Source: Tetramitus jugosus (lineage: Eukaryota > Protista > Heterolobosea). From it: DNA of 64,000 nucleotides. The notes under the pieces were generated by a model. That model had not been told where the DNA came from. It ran no database searches and saw nothing but the letters and a program-made list of their open reading frames with translations. Where the stretch lies: contig OW569347.1 in assembly GCA_937625935.1 (NCBI GenBank), positions 1 to 64,000 on the forward strand, given 5' to 3'. Below are positions 23,101 to 36,575 of this stretch, in pieces (positions within the stretch are counted from its first letter, which is position 1; the number at the start of each line of letters is the position of its first letter). A program made the translations under genes and the position numbers.

Positions 23101-24394
23101 ATCCGTTTTCACCCAATGGTGAGATTGTCCTATAACTTCGATCTACGACAGTAGAAATAGATTCTTGTTGAGATATGGAAGAATTGGTAAACGTTCGTGT
23201 TCTTGTATCATACTTTCGAATTACCCACCATTCTTCGCTCTCATTCTTTTGGTGATCTGCCAAAAGAATAAATGATCCCTCTCGATTTGAACTGGCTCCC
23301 ACATAACCAACATCAGGATCTGATGCATTGTAAACTAACGTAAGACGCTCATTAGAATGAAGATAATGGAGAATAGTTGTGGGAGCTTGGTATCCGCGAG
23401 CATCAACATGAGCCAGCACTACAACTAAATAATATTGACCATCAATCAATGTTCCGATGAGGTTGATAGGCTTTACATCAATAGCCGACACTGGAGTTTG
23501 TGTCACAGAATACTTTGCAGTCGTCAGATCCAAACAAAATACTCGCATAAAATAGTCAAATTCTCGATAGTACAAGTACAAAAAGTTCTTGTAATTAGAA
23601 AGTTGAATATTTGTCACAGTCTTCATTTCAAGAACATAAAAGAATTGACCAAATTGTGTGGACATGAACTCCAGATTGACATTCAATGTAGAAACCAGAA
23701 ATTTGCCCACACACACGATTGAAATGCCAGTATTACTTTCTATTAATTGCACATAGCTCATTGAGTTTGAATAAGAAAGAGGCGCTTCTACAACAGTGCC
23801 AAAATGATCCTCATACACTCGAATTTTCATCATCTTACTATTGGTTTGGTCTGGTCCTTTTTCCGATGAAACTGGAAAAGGCACCACAATCAAATACTTT
23901 TCCTCATCGGAAACATGAGCCATTTTCATTGTTCTTACCTGACGATATCCCTCAGAACTACTAATATCAGATGTTGTAATCAACTCGATCGAGTTACTTC
24001 CTCCATTTGTCGTATGTCGCCACAACATAATTCTGAGACCACCATCGTCTCCAGCTGATGAAACAAACAATGTTTGATTCGAATTGGAGAACGCAATCTC
24101 AACATGAGAAACACTTTCTATTCCTCTCATTGCTTTTCGATTGGCCAATTCAAAGGTTGGAGAAGCTTTTTCATCTGCTACCCCATTTGCAAGCAAAGAT
24201 AATACCTTGTCTCGAGCACTGTTGCTCTTGTTGAAAGTCACATGGAGATTTTCATCATGATAGATGGAACGAAAATCAAGAGGGTTACTCAAGGTTGGCT
24301 CGCATTGAATAACACCGAGAAGGAGTGCGTATGAGAGAATAAAACCCAGCAACAACCTCCATGAATGAGCAGAAGAAAGTTCTTGAATACCCAT
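20198..24394 (-). CDS. Multi-exon receptor-like tyrosine-kinase-like (TKL) protein kinase
   Basis: Signal peptide, large beta-rich ectodomain, TM helix (LSLSITAVVVLGLALLVSIGLLIYL), kinase motifs SEGAAGVVY, VAIKK, IIHRDLK, DFG and YMAPEV across GT-AG introns. Confidence 0.85.
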
Positions 24395-24511
24395 TCCGTT
24401 TTTTGTGCGATAATTTATGTTCCGACAATCATCGGGATTATCCGGTCAGTTCTGATTCTACAGAATGACAAGTTCTGCAGTTGATGAACTTTTCAGTAGT
24501 TAATCTTCCAT

Positions 24512-26476
24512 TTATTGGCGAGATCTTTTCTTAAGCAACATGTACAGAGAGATGCTGAGGAGTACCAGGACACCACCAATGATTTGATAAATGTTGTGGA
24601 TTCTCTCTCCGAGAATCAACCAAGAACAAGTAATGGTTGACACAAGACTGAGAGCTAGTATGCTGCTCGTGTTTGTAGCTCCAAAGTACTTAATGGCCAA
24701 CAAGTTGACCACATTTCCGATCAGATAATTACAAAGGGCATAGACGACGAAGAGAGCATAGGCGAGAGGTGGTAATCGAGTCCACACACTCAAGTCCTCC
24801 CTCAACACCAGACATAGTATAAAATAGCCTCCTCCAAGAACAATTAGGTGGAACAAGAATAAATTCTCTCCTGATAAGCTCTTGAGTTGCACTCTTCCTG
24901 TACCCCCTGACAAGTCCGAAGTTGTCGTAATCTTTAGAACAATATTGTTCAAACTGAGAACAAAGGTAGAGAACAGAGCAATTGACATTCCGATCATATC
25001 ATAAACAGTTAAACTGGAAGCAATTTGTGCGAAAGATGGTAAAGCGAAGAATGATGGGGCCGAGAGTGCCAAGATGATCATAGCTCCTCCAATGAGAGTA
25101 ACACCCATGCATAGCACCATTCCTACTGACAATTTCTCCTCGGAGAATATCTTTGTTATGGGTGATACATTTGAAGTTGAGTGATCCCCGCCCATCTCTT
25201 CATCTACTCGCCCTGAATTGTCGCGCTCCGTATCATTGACCTGTTGTTGCCCATTTTCCACGAGTTGAGTTCCTTGATTCTTCAAGGTCTTTCTGTCTCT
25301 GTGCCTCAACAATCTGTAGATGATGACACTGGATAGGGATACCATAAAGGGAGCGCATAGATTAATCAATTGAGAATTTGTGGCTTTGGTGAATCGAGGA
25401 CTCAACAGATTGGTCACTGAGCGAGTCATAATCAACAGTGCCAACAACCATAAGAAGATATACTCAACAAATAGTGTGTATGCAGCACTCGTTACTCTCC
25501 GAAGAATCTTCTTTGATGAATGAACGGTCTCCTTAACTTCGGATTCAGCAACGTGTTCGTCATTGTTGGAAATGTCATTTGAGCCACCAGAATGGACTTG
25601 ACGTATCACAGATTTTCTAATTCTATTCACAAAGTATCGTCCCAGACGAAACGTTAGATATAGTACAATCACCATTGCATTCGCAATCGCGTTGATGGAC
25701 ATTGGTGGAACTGAGCAATCTTTTTGTAGATAGCGCGTGATGACTGGCGAGGCTCCAGAGATGCCATAATTCAACACTGCACTCATAAAACCCACCATGA
25801 ACAAAAAGTGACTCGATCGGCCTGATGATGAAGTTGCTTCATCCGTATGTACTACTAGACACTGTGCGACCTCGACATGATCCTCCGTATGGGAAGAATG
25901 TGCATCTTCTTTTAGTGGATCAACATGCACAACAAAAGCAGTAGAGTTATCAACCACTTCACATTCAGACGACGACAACTTCAAAACAGTCATCATCTCG
26001 TGCTCATCTGGTGAACACTCGGGCACAGGACTGGCCACTGGGCTCTGTGATCCATCCAAGATAACGTTCCTTGAACCATGTTTCATCAGAGGAAAAATAT
26101 TGTCAGAGGACTGAGCAGGAGAGAATAGAGGAGAAACAGTGTTAACGATAGTGGAAGGTGAGGGTAAGGTTGGTGTAGCCGTCAGAGAAATGGATATGGA
26201 ACTGCTCAAGGGACCAGAGCAAGATGATATCCGAGTTGTTGAGTCACTATCTCCATTGACATTTGGTTGAGCAAGAGAAGATGTGGTGAGTTGCTGTTGT
26301 TGTTTCAGGTTTTCCGCACTACTATTGTGGATAGCGATACGCAATGGTGGCAAATTCTTCCTCATATTTTGACTCCTGGTTCTTCTTGAGTTGTTTGAGG
26401 ATGTTATTGTTGTTGTTGTTGAGACAAGAGATATTGCAGTGGTATGAGCTGGTGGTTCGTTCGTAGCGGTATCCAT
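24512..26476 (-). CDS. Drug/metabolite transporter (EamA-like) membrane protein
   Basis: About 10 TM helices in two repeats after a Ser-rich N-terminus; ends WLILGERIH..QIIGGVLVL; first ATG 26476. Confidence 0.75.
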   Translation of the reverse strand: MDTATNEPPAHTTAISLVSTTTTITSSNNSRRTRSQNMRKNLPPLRIAIHNSSAENLKQQQQLTTSSLAQPNVNGDSDSTTRISSCSGPLSSSISISLTATPTLPSPSTIVNTVSPLFSPAQSSDNIFPLMKHGSRNVILDGSQSPVASPVPECSPDEHEMMTVLKLSSSECEVVDNSTAFVVHVDPLKEDAHSSHTEDHVEVAQCLVVHTDEATSSSGRSSHFLFMVGFMSAVLNYGISGASPVITRYLQKDCSVPPMSINAIANAMVIVLYLTFRLGRYFVNRIRKSVIRQVHSGGSNDISNNDEHVAESEVKETVHSSKKILRRVTSAAYTLFVEYIFLWLLALLIMTRSVTNLLSPRFTKATNSQLINLCAPFMVSLSSVIIYRLLRHRDRKTLKNQGTQLVENGQQQVNDTERDNSGRVDEEMGGDHSTSNVSPITKIFSEEKLSVGMVLCMGVTLIGGAMIILALSAPSFFALPSFAQIASSLTVYDMIGMSIALFSTFVLSLNNIVLKITTTSDLSGGTGRVQLKSLSGENLFLFHLIVLGGGYFILCLVLREDLSVWTRLPPLAYALFVVYALCNYLIGNVVNLLAIKYFGATNTSSILALSLVSTITCSWLILGERIHNIYQIIGGVLVLLSISLYMLLKKRSRQ

Positions 26477-26729
26477 CCTTATTTTGTTTATTGTCTGGTG
26501 TTGTAGAGGTGTTATTTTGGTGTCAGGTATCAGCTTAGTTGATGGTGAAGATCCAGCGGACCAACGAATTCTTTTCTGAAAAGGAATCTTGGGGAATCTG
26601 TGATGGTGTTCTGACAGATGAATAATTAGTCGAATTTGTTCGTGATGAGGACCAATTTCGGCGGTTTTGCTGTTCAATCAATATCCAGAATGCAGATCCG
26701 GCACCGTTCACCGTGTGAACATTGATGAT

Positions 26730-28311
26730 TTATTGTGCACTTTGGTTCTGTGCATAAATTTCTCTGATGATAACAGGGACACTCGTGCAAGGTAGTAGAC
26801 CAACTTCTGTGACCACAACATCAACCCATTCTCCAGGTGTAACATCATATGTCAAATTGAGAACTGAACCGCCTTGATATCCTTCCTTACCACCTTCGCC
26901 ATACAATCCCATCTTAATAAATCTTTGTTTGACATCTTCTCTATCAGGGATAGTAAGTTCCTTTGGATCAGACAACTCGTTTCTTGTGATTGAATCCAAT
27001 TGGGACTTGTCAGAAAATTTGTACGTTTCACAGCACACTAGGACAGGCTTATTGTAAGAACGAGCAGCGAGACAAATCATAGCAGTACCTACACGACTCA
27101 AAACGTTTCCGTTGTTGAACATGCCATGAGCACCCAGAATGACCGATGTAACCTCCTTCATCATATAAGAGACTGCATTAATCAAACAGAATGAACACTT
27201 AATACCGGCAGCGGTCAGCTTACTCAACAGCTCGCGGCCTTCATTCTTTGGGCGCGAGTCCACTACGACAACAGAGAAATTTTTGCCTTCCTCCTTTGCT
27301 GCGAGCAAAATTCGTTCAACTGCTTCTGATCGTGCATACGTCAAAATAATGTCACCGTTTTGAATTTTTTGAACACCCTTCTCTACAATACTCTTCATTG
27401 TATATTCAATCTTTTCGCTGATCCATCCATCGATCACATCAACCAAAATTTGCTTTGCGTCTTCCTCGGCCATTGATGGATCCATTCTGTGAAGTTCAAA
27501 CTTGAAGTTTTTCAATGCATTTCCCATGCCAATACTCATTGGTCTAAATCGTTTTAAAAAGTCAATCTGAGGTATCAATTGTGAGTCCAAATCTCTCGTT
27601 AACACCTTATCCTGAGGTGTCTTATAATCCAAGACAAATTGTTTCAGTGCTTGCATAAATGCGACACAACGAGCATTTCCTCCACGAATCATTCCATTTG
27701 CAAACTGCAGTCCAAGTGACACAATCGCAGGGTGATACAATTCGTGATTAATTGGCACCTCTTCCGCTGGTTGAAACGGTGTCAAATGAGAATATATTCT
27801 AGTTTCATTGATCTTGTTTTGATGACGAATACTCTTTTGTAATCGTTCAATCTCCTTTTCCTTCTCAAGCAAGAGACGAGAAATTTCTGCACTTGTTTCA
27901 ACGGTAGCTGATGAAGCAACAGAAGGAGCACTGGTGCCCTCTCCGGAAGCTGCCTGTTGCTTTGCTTCACGTTGCTTCTTCTTCAATTCCATTTGTTGTT
28001 CCTGAAAGTAATGACGAAAAAAAAAAGATCACGTCAGTCAAAACACCGTCAGATGTTGATGATGAACATCAATAAAATCTCAATATTTTGTGAGAGATCC
28101 TCTGTTGTAACATGATTTGTCACAATATCACACATACAAGTTTTAAACGTCTTTCTTCCTTTGCCTTGATGGCTTCATCTTTATTCACGCTCCGCTTTTC
28201 CTCTTTTGCTTTTTTACGTTCCTCTCTTTGAGCCTTCTTTAACTGGGCACTCATTGGTTCACGCTCATTGCTGGTGGTGGCAGCAGGTGTGTTGCTACTC
28301 TCCTGTGACAT
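26730..28311 (-). CDS. EIF2B4: Translation initiation factor eIF2B subunit delta
   Basis: HPAIVSLG, GGNARC, RPMSIGMGNA, VDSRPKNEG, SRVGTA, CCETYKFS and YDVTP; intron 28002-28137. Confidence 0.95.
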
Positions 28312-28434
28312 GATGATGTTTGTAATGTTCTTCTTGTTGAAAGCCTTGACTGATTGCTTTTTGTTGTGAGACGAATTCTGGTCTGAAAAAATAGTGCATT
28401 ACAAGATTGAACTTTCAATTTCACAATCGACTTT

Positions 28435-30146
28435 TTATTCGGAGATATCCTCGTCAGAGCTTTCATTGTCAGAGAGATTGTGGTTCGTGGTTTCTTCAGA
28501 AGTCTTCTCTTCGTCATCTTCAAATGCACCACCCAAATTCCATTTCATAACCCAGAGACCGTTTCTGACTCCCTTTTGAGCACCCCAACGACCCATTCTG
28601 TGTTCATTTGAGCTAATACCAACCACTGTTAGCGTTTGAGTTTCCTTTTGGAAATCAGCACACATTCCATTGATCCAACCTTTGTAATCTTGGCTGGAGC
28701 TGTTGGTGCTTGGTATTGGCACACGTTTTATGAATCCAGAATCCATTCCATAAAAATCTATATGGCCGTAGTCTGATGAAGCCAGGAACATGTCAGAGTA
28801 TTGAACGGCAGCCAGGCCACTGATCCAACCGAGATTCTTTCCAGATTGTCTATCGATGGCATCTCCAGTGTTTGTGAATGTGTACAATGGCTTACGCTTT
28901 GCTCTGTTGAACACATGAATGTTACCATTCTGTCCAGCTGAAACATAGACGTTTTCTCTCAACATTTTCACACAGTCAATATTCTGTTTATGACTCTTGA
29001 ATAGCAACTGAGTCTCCTCCTCGACCTTCCATAGACGGACAGTATGATCACTAGAACAACTCAAAACTCGATAACTGTGCAATGTATCAACACCCAAGAC
29101 TTCAGCCTCGTGACCATAAAGTGTTTCTACAAAGCTCTGCTCTGCAAAATCCCACACTTTAACTGTTCTATCCAAACTGCTCGAAAACAAATTTTGAGTT
29201 CCTAATTGGAAACATAAGCCAGTAATATCACCAAAATGACCTGTTAATTCGCCAATAGGCCCACTGCTTGCAGCTGTTCTCAAATCCCACAATTTAATCA
29301 CCTTATCTCGACCACCTGATGCAGCAAGATTAGAGTCTGTTGGACATATAGCACACGCTAAAATCTCAGCAGTGTGACCATTTTTGTGATTCGTTTTACT
29401 TCGATGACCTCTGATAATAGAGAGTTTCTTTCCAGTCTCGAGATCCCCTTTGGTAAAAGAAAAAAAGAAGTGAGTAACAAGCACATGAGCGAACAAATAG
29501 AAAAACAGTGTGCACCATAATCTCAAATATGATAACGGTGATGATGATGATGATGATACATACAGTGAATGAGACAACAATCTTTACCACCAGTGAGAGC
29601 TTGTGTATAATTTTGGTTGACACTTATGCATGTAGGGGCCTTCTTGTGACCCTTGAAGAACACATTTGTCGTAAATACTCTGCCCTTCTTTTTTGTGTCA
29701 GTTTCGAGGTCAGCAGTAGATGCTGCAAATTTTCGCGCCAAATTATTTGGTATTCTTCTCTGTGATCTCATTGCTTCCTTCTTTAATCGTTCAGCAACAG
29801 GATCCAAATTCTTGTTCTTCATTGCTTGATCAAACTCAGTTTCTTCTTCATGTTCACGTTCGAATTCCTTAATTTGGTCCAAATATTGTTTCGCTATTGC
29901 TACTCGCTTCTCATCGGTTGACATTTGAGCACTGTCTGCATCATTGAGTTCTGACACTTTTGCCATTCGAGGAACTTTGCGTTCCTTCTCTTGCATTGCT
30001 CTCTCATTTCTGTTCAATGGCTTTGATGATATTTCTCTTGTGTTGAACAAAGTTTTTTCTTCATCAAAATCGGAGTCGTCAGAAGAGGAATTGATTTCTT
30101 CATCAGCAACTTTGGATGGAGTGCGTTGAGTAAACTTTCGTTTCAT
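28435..30146 (-). CDS. RRP9: U3 snoRNP WD40 protein RRP9/U3-55K
   Basis: EKRVAIAKQYL; WD40 repeats; FVETLYGH, RLWKVEEETQLLF and EHRMGRW; one intron about 29449-29562. Confidence 0.9.
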
Positions 30147-30332
30147 GACGTAATTTTTTTTGTTGGTGTGCTGTTGCTGTTGTTGTTATTGCTTTGATGA
30201 GATTGTCAAATGTCGGAGGAAATGCTTTTTTGTGTGTGTTTAACACATCTTCACTCTTGCACGATTTGGTTGAAGCTTCATCGAGAATGATTTTTGTCCG
30301 ACGACCAATGTATTTGAATTGTTTTACTGAGG

Positions 30333-31823
30333 TTATGGCTTGGCCGTGGTCTTTGTGATTTGAATCGTAATAGTTTCCTCCAATGAAGACGTTGGCACAA
30401 TTTCAATATAATTCGCTCTTGTTCTTCTCCACTTCGTGGAGTTGGCTGGGGAGATATCGACCGTGTATCCATCCGGGTAATGAATTTGTTCATTCAAGAA
30501 GATAACGGTGGGATGAGTACACGATGAACAAGTCCTATACCTGAGCAAATAGTCTTTTGTGTTTGACACATCAAATTCTTGTTCTATAACGGAGCCTGCC
30601 ACCTTTTGAGCATAGGTTTGACTGAGCAATGACACAACATTGTCATTGTCTAGAAATCCAGTATAGGTCCAACCAATCCAAGACACATGCCTCTTGTAGC
30701 ACGCTTCAATCGTACCTCTAATTTGCTTCATATTGGCTTCATCGTGATCAATAACGTCAAACTCAGTCAACATGCTGCCAGAACGCAAATTGGCTGCGTC
30801 CTTCTCCCTCATTGGTAAGTAATCATTGATAAGGGTGTTAGGAGGAACATAAAAGTGATAACTCAGGACACTTTTGTTTTGGAAACGATCACCTCCTGGA
30901 ACAGTTTTAAATCCTGATCCCAAGTCACTCCAAGTGACAGGTTCAAAAAATATGAGAGTGTCAGGGTCGACTCTACGGATGGCTTCTGACACCTTGTGGT
31001 ACATTGGCATTAGATTCTCATTGTCTGCAACACTTGGCAAGAAAAGACTAGGGCGAGAGTAAACATCACCTGCAAATGGCTCATTCAAAAGTTCATATCC
31101 AAGAATGTTCGTATAGTTCTTGAATTGATAAGCCAAGAATTGCCACCATGAACTAAATGAATCTAATGCTCCTTCGTGATTGTCATAAAAGTTCTGAATG
31201 GCGGATGAACCTGCTTCAGACAGACAATAAAATCCCCAGTAGTGCTTGCTACAATCCTCTCTGTTGGGGTAACCTGTGGCATTATTGATCACATAGGGCC
31301 TATCAATAGGCTCTGGAAAAGGTGCAGCGTTTGCTCTGGGGTTTGCTGCCCAGTCAGGCACTCCATCACCACAAAACTTTGGACTCAAACAGTCTTGATG
31401 CGCATCAATGAGAGCATACATACCCAAACTGTCCATTTCTCTCAGTATTGTGTGTATTAATTGGACATATGTCATGTTGTATTGACCTCGCACAGGTTCC
31501 AATCCATGCCAGTCAATTGCCAACCGAATTACATTCATTCCCAGATCACCTGTCCTCTTTATCTCCTCCTTTGAAAATCGATCTATTGTTGGTGCAGGAC
31601 CCATGAATTTATTAGCTCCATGGAAGTAAACTTCCCGGCCATCACCATCGGCAATCCTCAACGTTCGTGGATGTATGAGAAATTTGTGACCATCACCTTC
31701 TACAGCACCCCTTCTCTGGGGTTGGCCTTTAACAACCTCAGGTGATGACATCACCAAGGTCAATAATAATAAAAGTACAAGTTTCAAAGCATTTGATAAT
31801 ATTGAATTCTGAAGGTTGGTCAT
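30333..31823 (-). CDS. Secreted GH5 endoglycoceramidase-like glycoside hydrolase
   Basis: Signal peptide; YFHGAN, NVIRL, DAHQD, GYELLNEPF (acid/base) and MLTEF (nucleophile). Confidence 0.9.
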   Translation of the reverse strand: MTNLQNSILSNALKLVLLLLLTLVMSSPEVVKGQPQRRGAVEGDGHKFLIHPRTLRIADGDGREVYFHGANKFMGPAPTIDRFSKEEIKRTGDLGMNVIRLAIDWHGLEPVRGQYNMTYVQLIHTILREMDSLGMYALIDAHQDCLSPKFCGDGVPDWAANPRANAAPFPEPIDRPYVINNATGYPNREDCSKHYWGFYCLSEAGSSAIQNFYDNHEGALDSFSSWWQFLAYQFKNYTNILGYELLNEPFAGDVYSRPSLFLPSVADNENLMPMYHKVSEAIRRVDPDTLIFFEPVTWSDLGSGFKTVPGGDRFQNKSVLSYHFYVPPNTLINDYLPMREKDAANLRSGSMLTEFDVIDHDEANMKQIRGTIEACYKRHVSWIGWTYTGFLDNDNVVSLLSQTYAQKVAGSVIEQEFDVSNTKDYLLRYRTCSSCTHPTVIFLNEQIHYPDGYTVDISPANSTKWRRTRANYIEIVPTSSLEETITIQITKTTAKP

Positions 31824-31987
31824 ATTGTTGGTTGTTTAGCTGTTTCTTGTTTTTGTTTGCCAGATCACTTCTGGCACCCAAAAATGTTTTTCAACTGCAG
31901 TCAAAAAATAGAAACACGAAACAAAGGTACGCAAAAGAGGGATATCAAAAAGGGGCTTTTATTGACTCAAAGTTAATTTAGCGATGG

Positions 31988-33296
31988 CTAACATATCTTC
32001 TTGGTCAGTTTCTTGAAGCTATTCAAGTATTGCATACTCGTATTTTCCATCCAAGTGGAACCGAATGGCAACCATCCTTCGACCCATGCAACATGACCTC
32101 CTCTGGTTGTTGTCACGAGCAACAGATTGGGATTCGACTCGATTTCCATGTAAGGAATAGCAGTGTGGCAAGAGATTGGGTCGTCAAGTGCATTCAACAT
32201 GAAAACAGGAATAGAAATTTTTGACAATCCATCGATACAGCTCAAACTCTCATATGCTTCCTCGACAGTGTTGCACCCAACGAGCAATCGTGTCAATTCA
32301 GAGTCAAATTCTCTGCAGCTTCGCGACCGCATCAACCTATCCATATTCAATCCCTCCATTTTTTGATAGAGGTGATTGTGCTTTGACACAAGGGCCTTTC
32401 TCTTTGAAGTAAACACCTTGTCGTACGTCCATCTGCACACTGGATCTCTCAGTCGAATCGTAGCACGATCCAAGTCAAATGGATTGGAGATGGACAGGGC
32501 ACAGGTCAATGGTGTATCATTTGCAACTTCACCCAAGTATTTGAGCAACAAGTTGGAACCTAGGGAGAAACCGGCTGCGAACATGGTGGCTTTTGGATAC
32601 TTTTGATGAATGTGATCAAACACGTCAATCAAGTCCTGAGTCTCTAAACCGTACTTTTCAGTCTGAGTGCAAAGCAAAAATGAAATGTAAAAATGTGTGT
32701 GAGTCATGCACGAGGACAATTGAGAAAAAAATCTCTCAGCAAATAAAGACAACCACCGCGCATATACATACAACCAATTCCGTCAATGCACCTCGATAGT
32801 TGATGACAACTGGTCTAAAATGATTCATCAAACACGCATGAACAAAGTGCTTAATTTCAACTTCGACAGAACTGCCTGTCACTCCACTCAAGATACAAAT
32901 GACTGGTGTATCACTTGTCCATTCCTTCACTTTTTGTTGTTTTGATGTGGTTGTTGTTGTTGAAGTGGATGTTGATGTTGTCGTGAGTGGCAATGAATTT
33001 GCCCAATCTAAAATAATTTTTCCTCCACATTTGAATTGAAAGATTTCTGGAGAGTATTTGACGTGGGGAACATCAGGCCTGCATGCAACATTGAATATGG
33101 TTTGGAGGTGAGTGTTGGATGCCCAAAAAGTCGGACAAAAGTCATAGTGTAAATTGGACATGAGCTGCACGATTTTGTTGTTGAGAACAGAGTCCTCGTG
33201 CACGTGAATATTGCATGGATGACAAATGACCCAACGATAGTACACTGTCCATAGAATGATGAACAGAGCAATGACCGCACAACCCAATAAAAGCAT
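31988..33296 (-). CDS. ABHD1/2/3-like (YheT family) alpha/beta hydrolase
   Basis: N-terminal TM; NTHLQTI, GVTGSS, INYRG, GFSLGSNLLLKYLGE, NALDDP and RGGHVAW; one intron near 32663-32770. Confidence 0.88.
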
Positions 33297-33934
33297 ATTC
33301 TAATATCACAAAGTGTTGTTGTTGTTGTTGGTGTTGTTACGATATACTATTATTATAATGTAATGTGTGATAAATTTCCTATTGGTGATTGGCAAGAGTG
33401 AAAAAAAGCCTTGAGACTGTCCTCCCTTAGTACTCGAGTTGTTCGTTTTTCTTTGCAATCAAGCGACCGTCGTTGTTTTGGTGTTTGTTGTTCGAAGATG
33501 CTGTTGACGGTTGTTTGGATTTCTAACACCATTGGGGAAGGCCGAGGAAAATTAGGGTCGCCCGTCAAAAAGCCGCCAAAAACTCCTAGCAAGGGAGAGT
33601 CGTTGGAACAATTTGTAGAGGGAAGAATATCTTGGTGCGATTTTTCAAGAGGTTATTATTTGGTCCAAGCTCAAGACATTTCTATCCGTGCTCAATTATG
33701 AAGTTGTCAGACACTCAATCTGATGCGCTTCAATCTATCCCAGCTCTTTGTCCTCACTTCCGCATCATTCGTTATTATGCCGAACTATTTTTTGTAAAGT
33801 GAAGTGATTTTGATATCACAAGGGCTCACAACAACAAACAAATTCGTCCAAAAGCAAACCACTAAAACAAAAAATCTCTCGTATTTTGGGGCGGTGTTGC
33901 ATGAAAACTACCACACACAATACGATATAATGGA

Positions 33935-35389
33935 ATGCAAGACCGAAAAGACAATAACGACAACAACAATAAAAATGAAAACACAAAAAATAACAATGAT
34001 GATAACAGGTCAGCAATGAACTCCACTGGAGCGATGATGACCTCACCAACAACAACAAGCATCAATGTCGAGAGGGACACTGCCCTTTTTATGGCATCTC
34101 CCACCTTTGCGGGTGATTATCTCTCTATACCTGAAAACCAACAACCACAACAGCCACTACCACCACAACAACAACAACAACAGGAACAACTTTTGACAAA
34201 ATCAGAAGAAGAAGAAGAGAGTGATGATGAGCGAGTTGTGTCTGATTCTTCCATGATTTGGAAGGATTTCATTGCAGGAAACTTTGCTGGTATCGCTGGT
34301 ATCATAGCAGGACATCCCGTATGTATATTTATTTGTCATCCATCTCTCTCTCTCTCTATTGGACTTGTCATGTGTGAGATTTGTATGTGTGTGCTGACAG
34401 TTTCTCCTACTATGTCTCTTATGTGTGTGAAACATGACATGATTTGGATCAACAAACTATTATTCTGATGATATGGATTGATGATATGTTTTGTATAGTT
34501 TGACACGGTAAAGACCAGAATTCAGACCAATCCCACAAAGTACTCCACCAATGTTTTCAAGTGCTTGGCTGACATTGTTCGGAAAGAGTCCGTATTTGGT
34601 CTCTACAAGGGCATGGCATCACCTGTTCTCGGTGTTGGTATACTGAATGCACTCATATTTGGTGTGTATGGCAATACGATGAGATTCTTGGATGGTTGGA
34701 GAGGTGTAAGCAATGGAAGATATGCGTCAGATGATGACGAAGATGAGTTGGATGAAGAGGGACGCAGAAGAAGAACGATTTCAGAGTTTTATACTGATAT
34801 TTTTGTAGCAGGTGCATTGGGAGGATTGGTGAATTGTGCAGTGTGTTCTCCATTGGAGTTGGTGAAGACGCGCTTGCAGATTCAAGACGCAAGCAATCAT
34901 CAATTGTACAAGGGACCTATTGACTGTATTGGAAAGACTTGGAAATTGGAAGGTATTCGAGGTGTGTTCAAAGGCATGTACGCCACCATCTTGCGTGATA
35001 TGCCATCCTATGGTGTCTATTTTGTGGGTTATGAGTTCTTTAAGGGACGATGGGGCGAGTCGCCATTTGCTTTATTAATGGCAGGAGGTAGTGCAGGTGT
35101 ATTTTGTTGGATATTATCGTATCCGTTTGATGTTGTGAAATCACGTATTCAGGCCCAGCCAGTAGCACCTACACCAGGTCATGATCTCTACAAGGGAGTG
35201 ATTGATTGCACGGTGAAGAGTTGCCGACGGGAAGGTTATGGTGTCTTGTTCCGTGGACTCAATTCGGCTATTGTGAGAGCTTTCCCTGTGAATGCAGTCA
35301 CATTTTTCACATATGAGATGATACTTAAAATTTTGAATGCGAGAGAGGGTGGTGATGAGGAGGAAGATGATTCAGATGAGTCACTTTGA
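33935..35389 (+). CDS. Mitochondrial carrier (SLC25; carnitine/basic amino acid carrier-like)
   Basis: Three PxD/ExxKxR motifs (HP|FDTVKTR, PLELVKTR, PFDVVKSR); intron about 34319-34498; start codon uncertain. Confidence 0.9.
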
Positions 35390-35561
35390 ACCAATAATCG
35401 GGCGGTTTTTTCACACATATATTTTTCCAAAGGTAATAACAATAACAATAACGACAGACAAAGTGTAAATATATAAAAAGGAGTCAAACTTAAATCATGT
35501 GTCTGATTATTATTGTGTTTCAGAAAACTTATCTATAGCGGTGTGCTGAGAGTAGAGTTGT

Positions 35562-36311
35562 TCATTGTTTGCCAGCAAGCGCCAACAAATTGGATTCAGC
35601 ATCCTTCAGTGCATCTTCGTATTGAGCCATCTCCAAATTCTCAGACTCTTCCTTGAACAGTTTTCCCATGTCCATGCCTGGTGCACCTCCCATCATCATA
35701 CCACCATTCATCTGTTGTTGAACCAATTGAGCGTCATCAGCGGCATTCTCACCCAGAACCAAAGAGTACATTCCTCTCAGACCAAACAAGATTAAAAAGT
35801 ACATGGAAGCTGAGGTCACATAGCTCACATCCAGAGAACTCAACTTGATTCCACTTTGAACCATTCCTCTAAAGCTCGTAGTCAATGGGAAGGGAAACTT
35901 TGCAATAACGAATCCAGTGAAGAAGAATGAGACCCATCCGAGAATAATGGCATTAGGGATCACAGTAACAACATTGTTCTTCATCATTTCCATCATGTTG
36001 CTCGGATCGGCCATTGCAGTCAACGTGCTGGCAGGAATGTTCTTTTGTAGAGCACCTTTTTGAGCATCATTGAAGAACAATTTTCGCTTCTCAAATGATT
36101 GTTTTGGTATGTAGTTTGCGTTGGATCGTATGATTTGAGCTCTGCGCAATGTTTGTGCCTGTGACACTTTTTCTGCGTCCACCTTTCTGTTTGATCGCAT
36201 AGCAATCGTCACATAATGACGCAATATTCCAAATAGAAAAATGACAAGGACAATTGGAAAGAGAACCCAGTCACGGATACTGCTGTCTAGAACGAGGCGA
36301 CTTGTTGTCAT
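35562..36311 (-). CDS. EMC3: ER membrane complex subunit 3
   Basis: LVLDSSIRDWVLFPI, GILRHY, KFPFPLT..FRGMVQSGI and LDVSYVTSASMYFL. Confidence 0.95.
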   Translation of the reverse strand: MTTSRLVLDSSIRDWVLFPIVLVIFLFGILRHYVTIAMRSNRKVDAEKVSQAQTLRRAQIIRSNANYIPKQSFEKRKLFFNDAQKGALQKNIPASTLTAMADPSNMMEMMKNNVVTVIPNAIILGWVSFFFTGFVIAKFPFPLTTSFRGMVQSGIKLSSLDVSYVTSASMYFLILFGLRGMYSLVLGENAADDAQLVQQQMNGGMMMGGAPGMDMGKLFKEESENLEMAQYEDALKDAESNLLALAGKQ

Positions 36312-36575
36312 TTTTCAATCAAAAAAAATAATGAATGTTCAGTGTTGTTATTATGTGTGCTGTGGAGTACTTTTTTGATCACAGAAGCGAAAAGAGAATA
36401 ATTTTTGCGTGTATGGCGGAGTATACTTTGAATTACTCGGAGAATATAAATTCAGTGGCAGCATGTGCTCTTTGGGGCACTCGGATCAATTCACGATTGT
36501 TCTCTTCGAGGAAAGAATTGTTTCGAAAAAAGATATCACATAAATCACATAACAATCAAATTGTTGTTCTTGGGG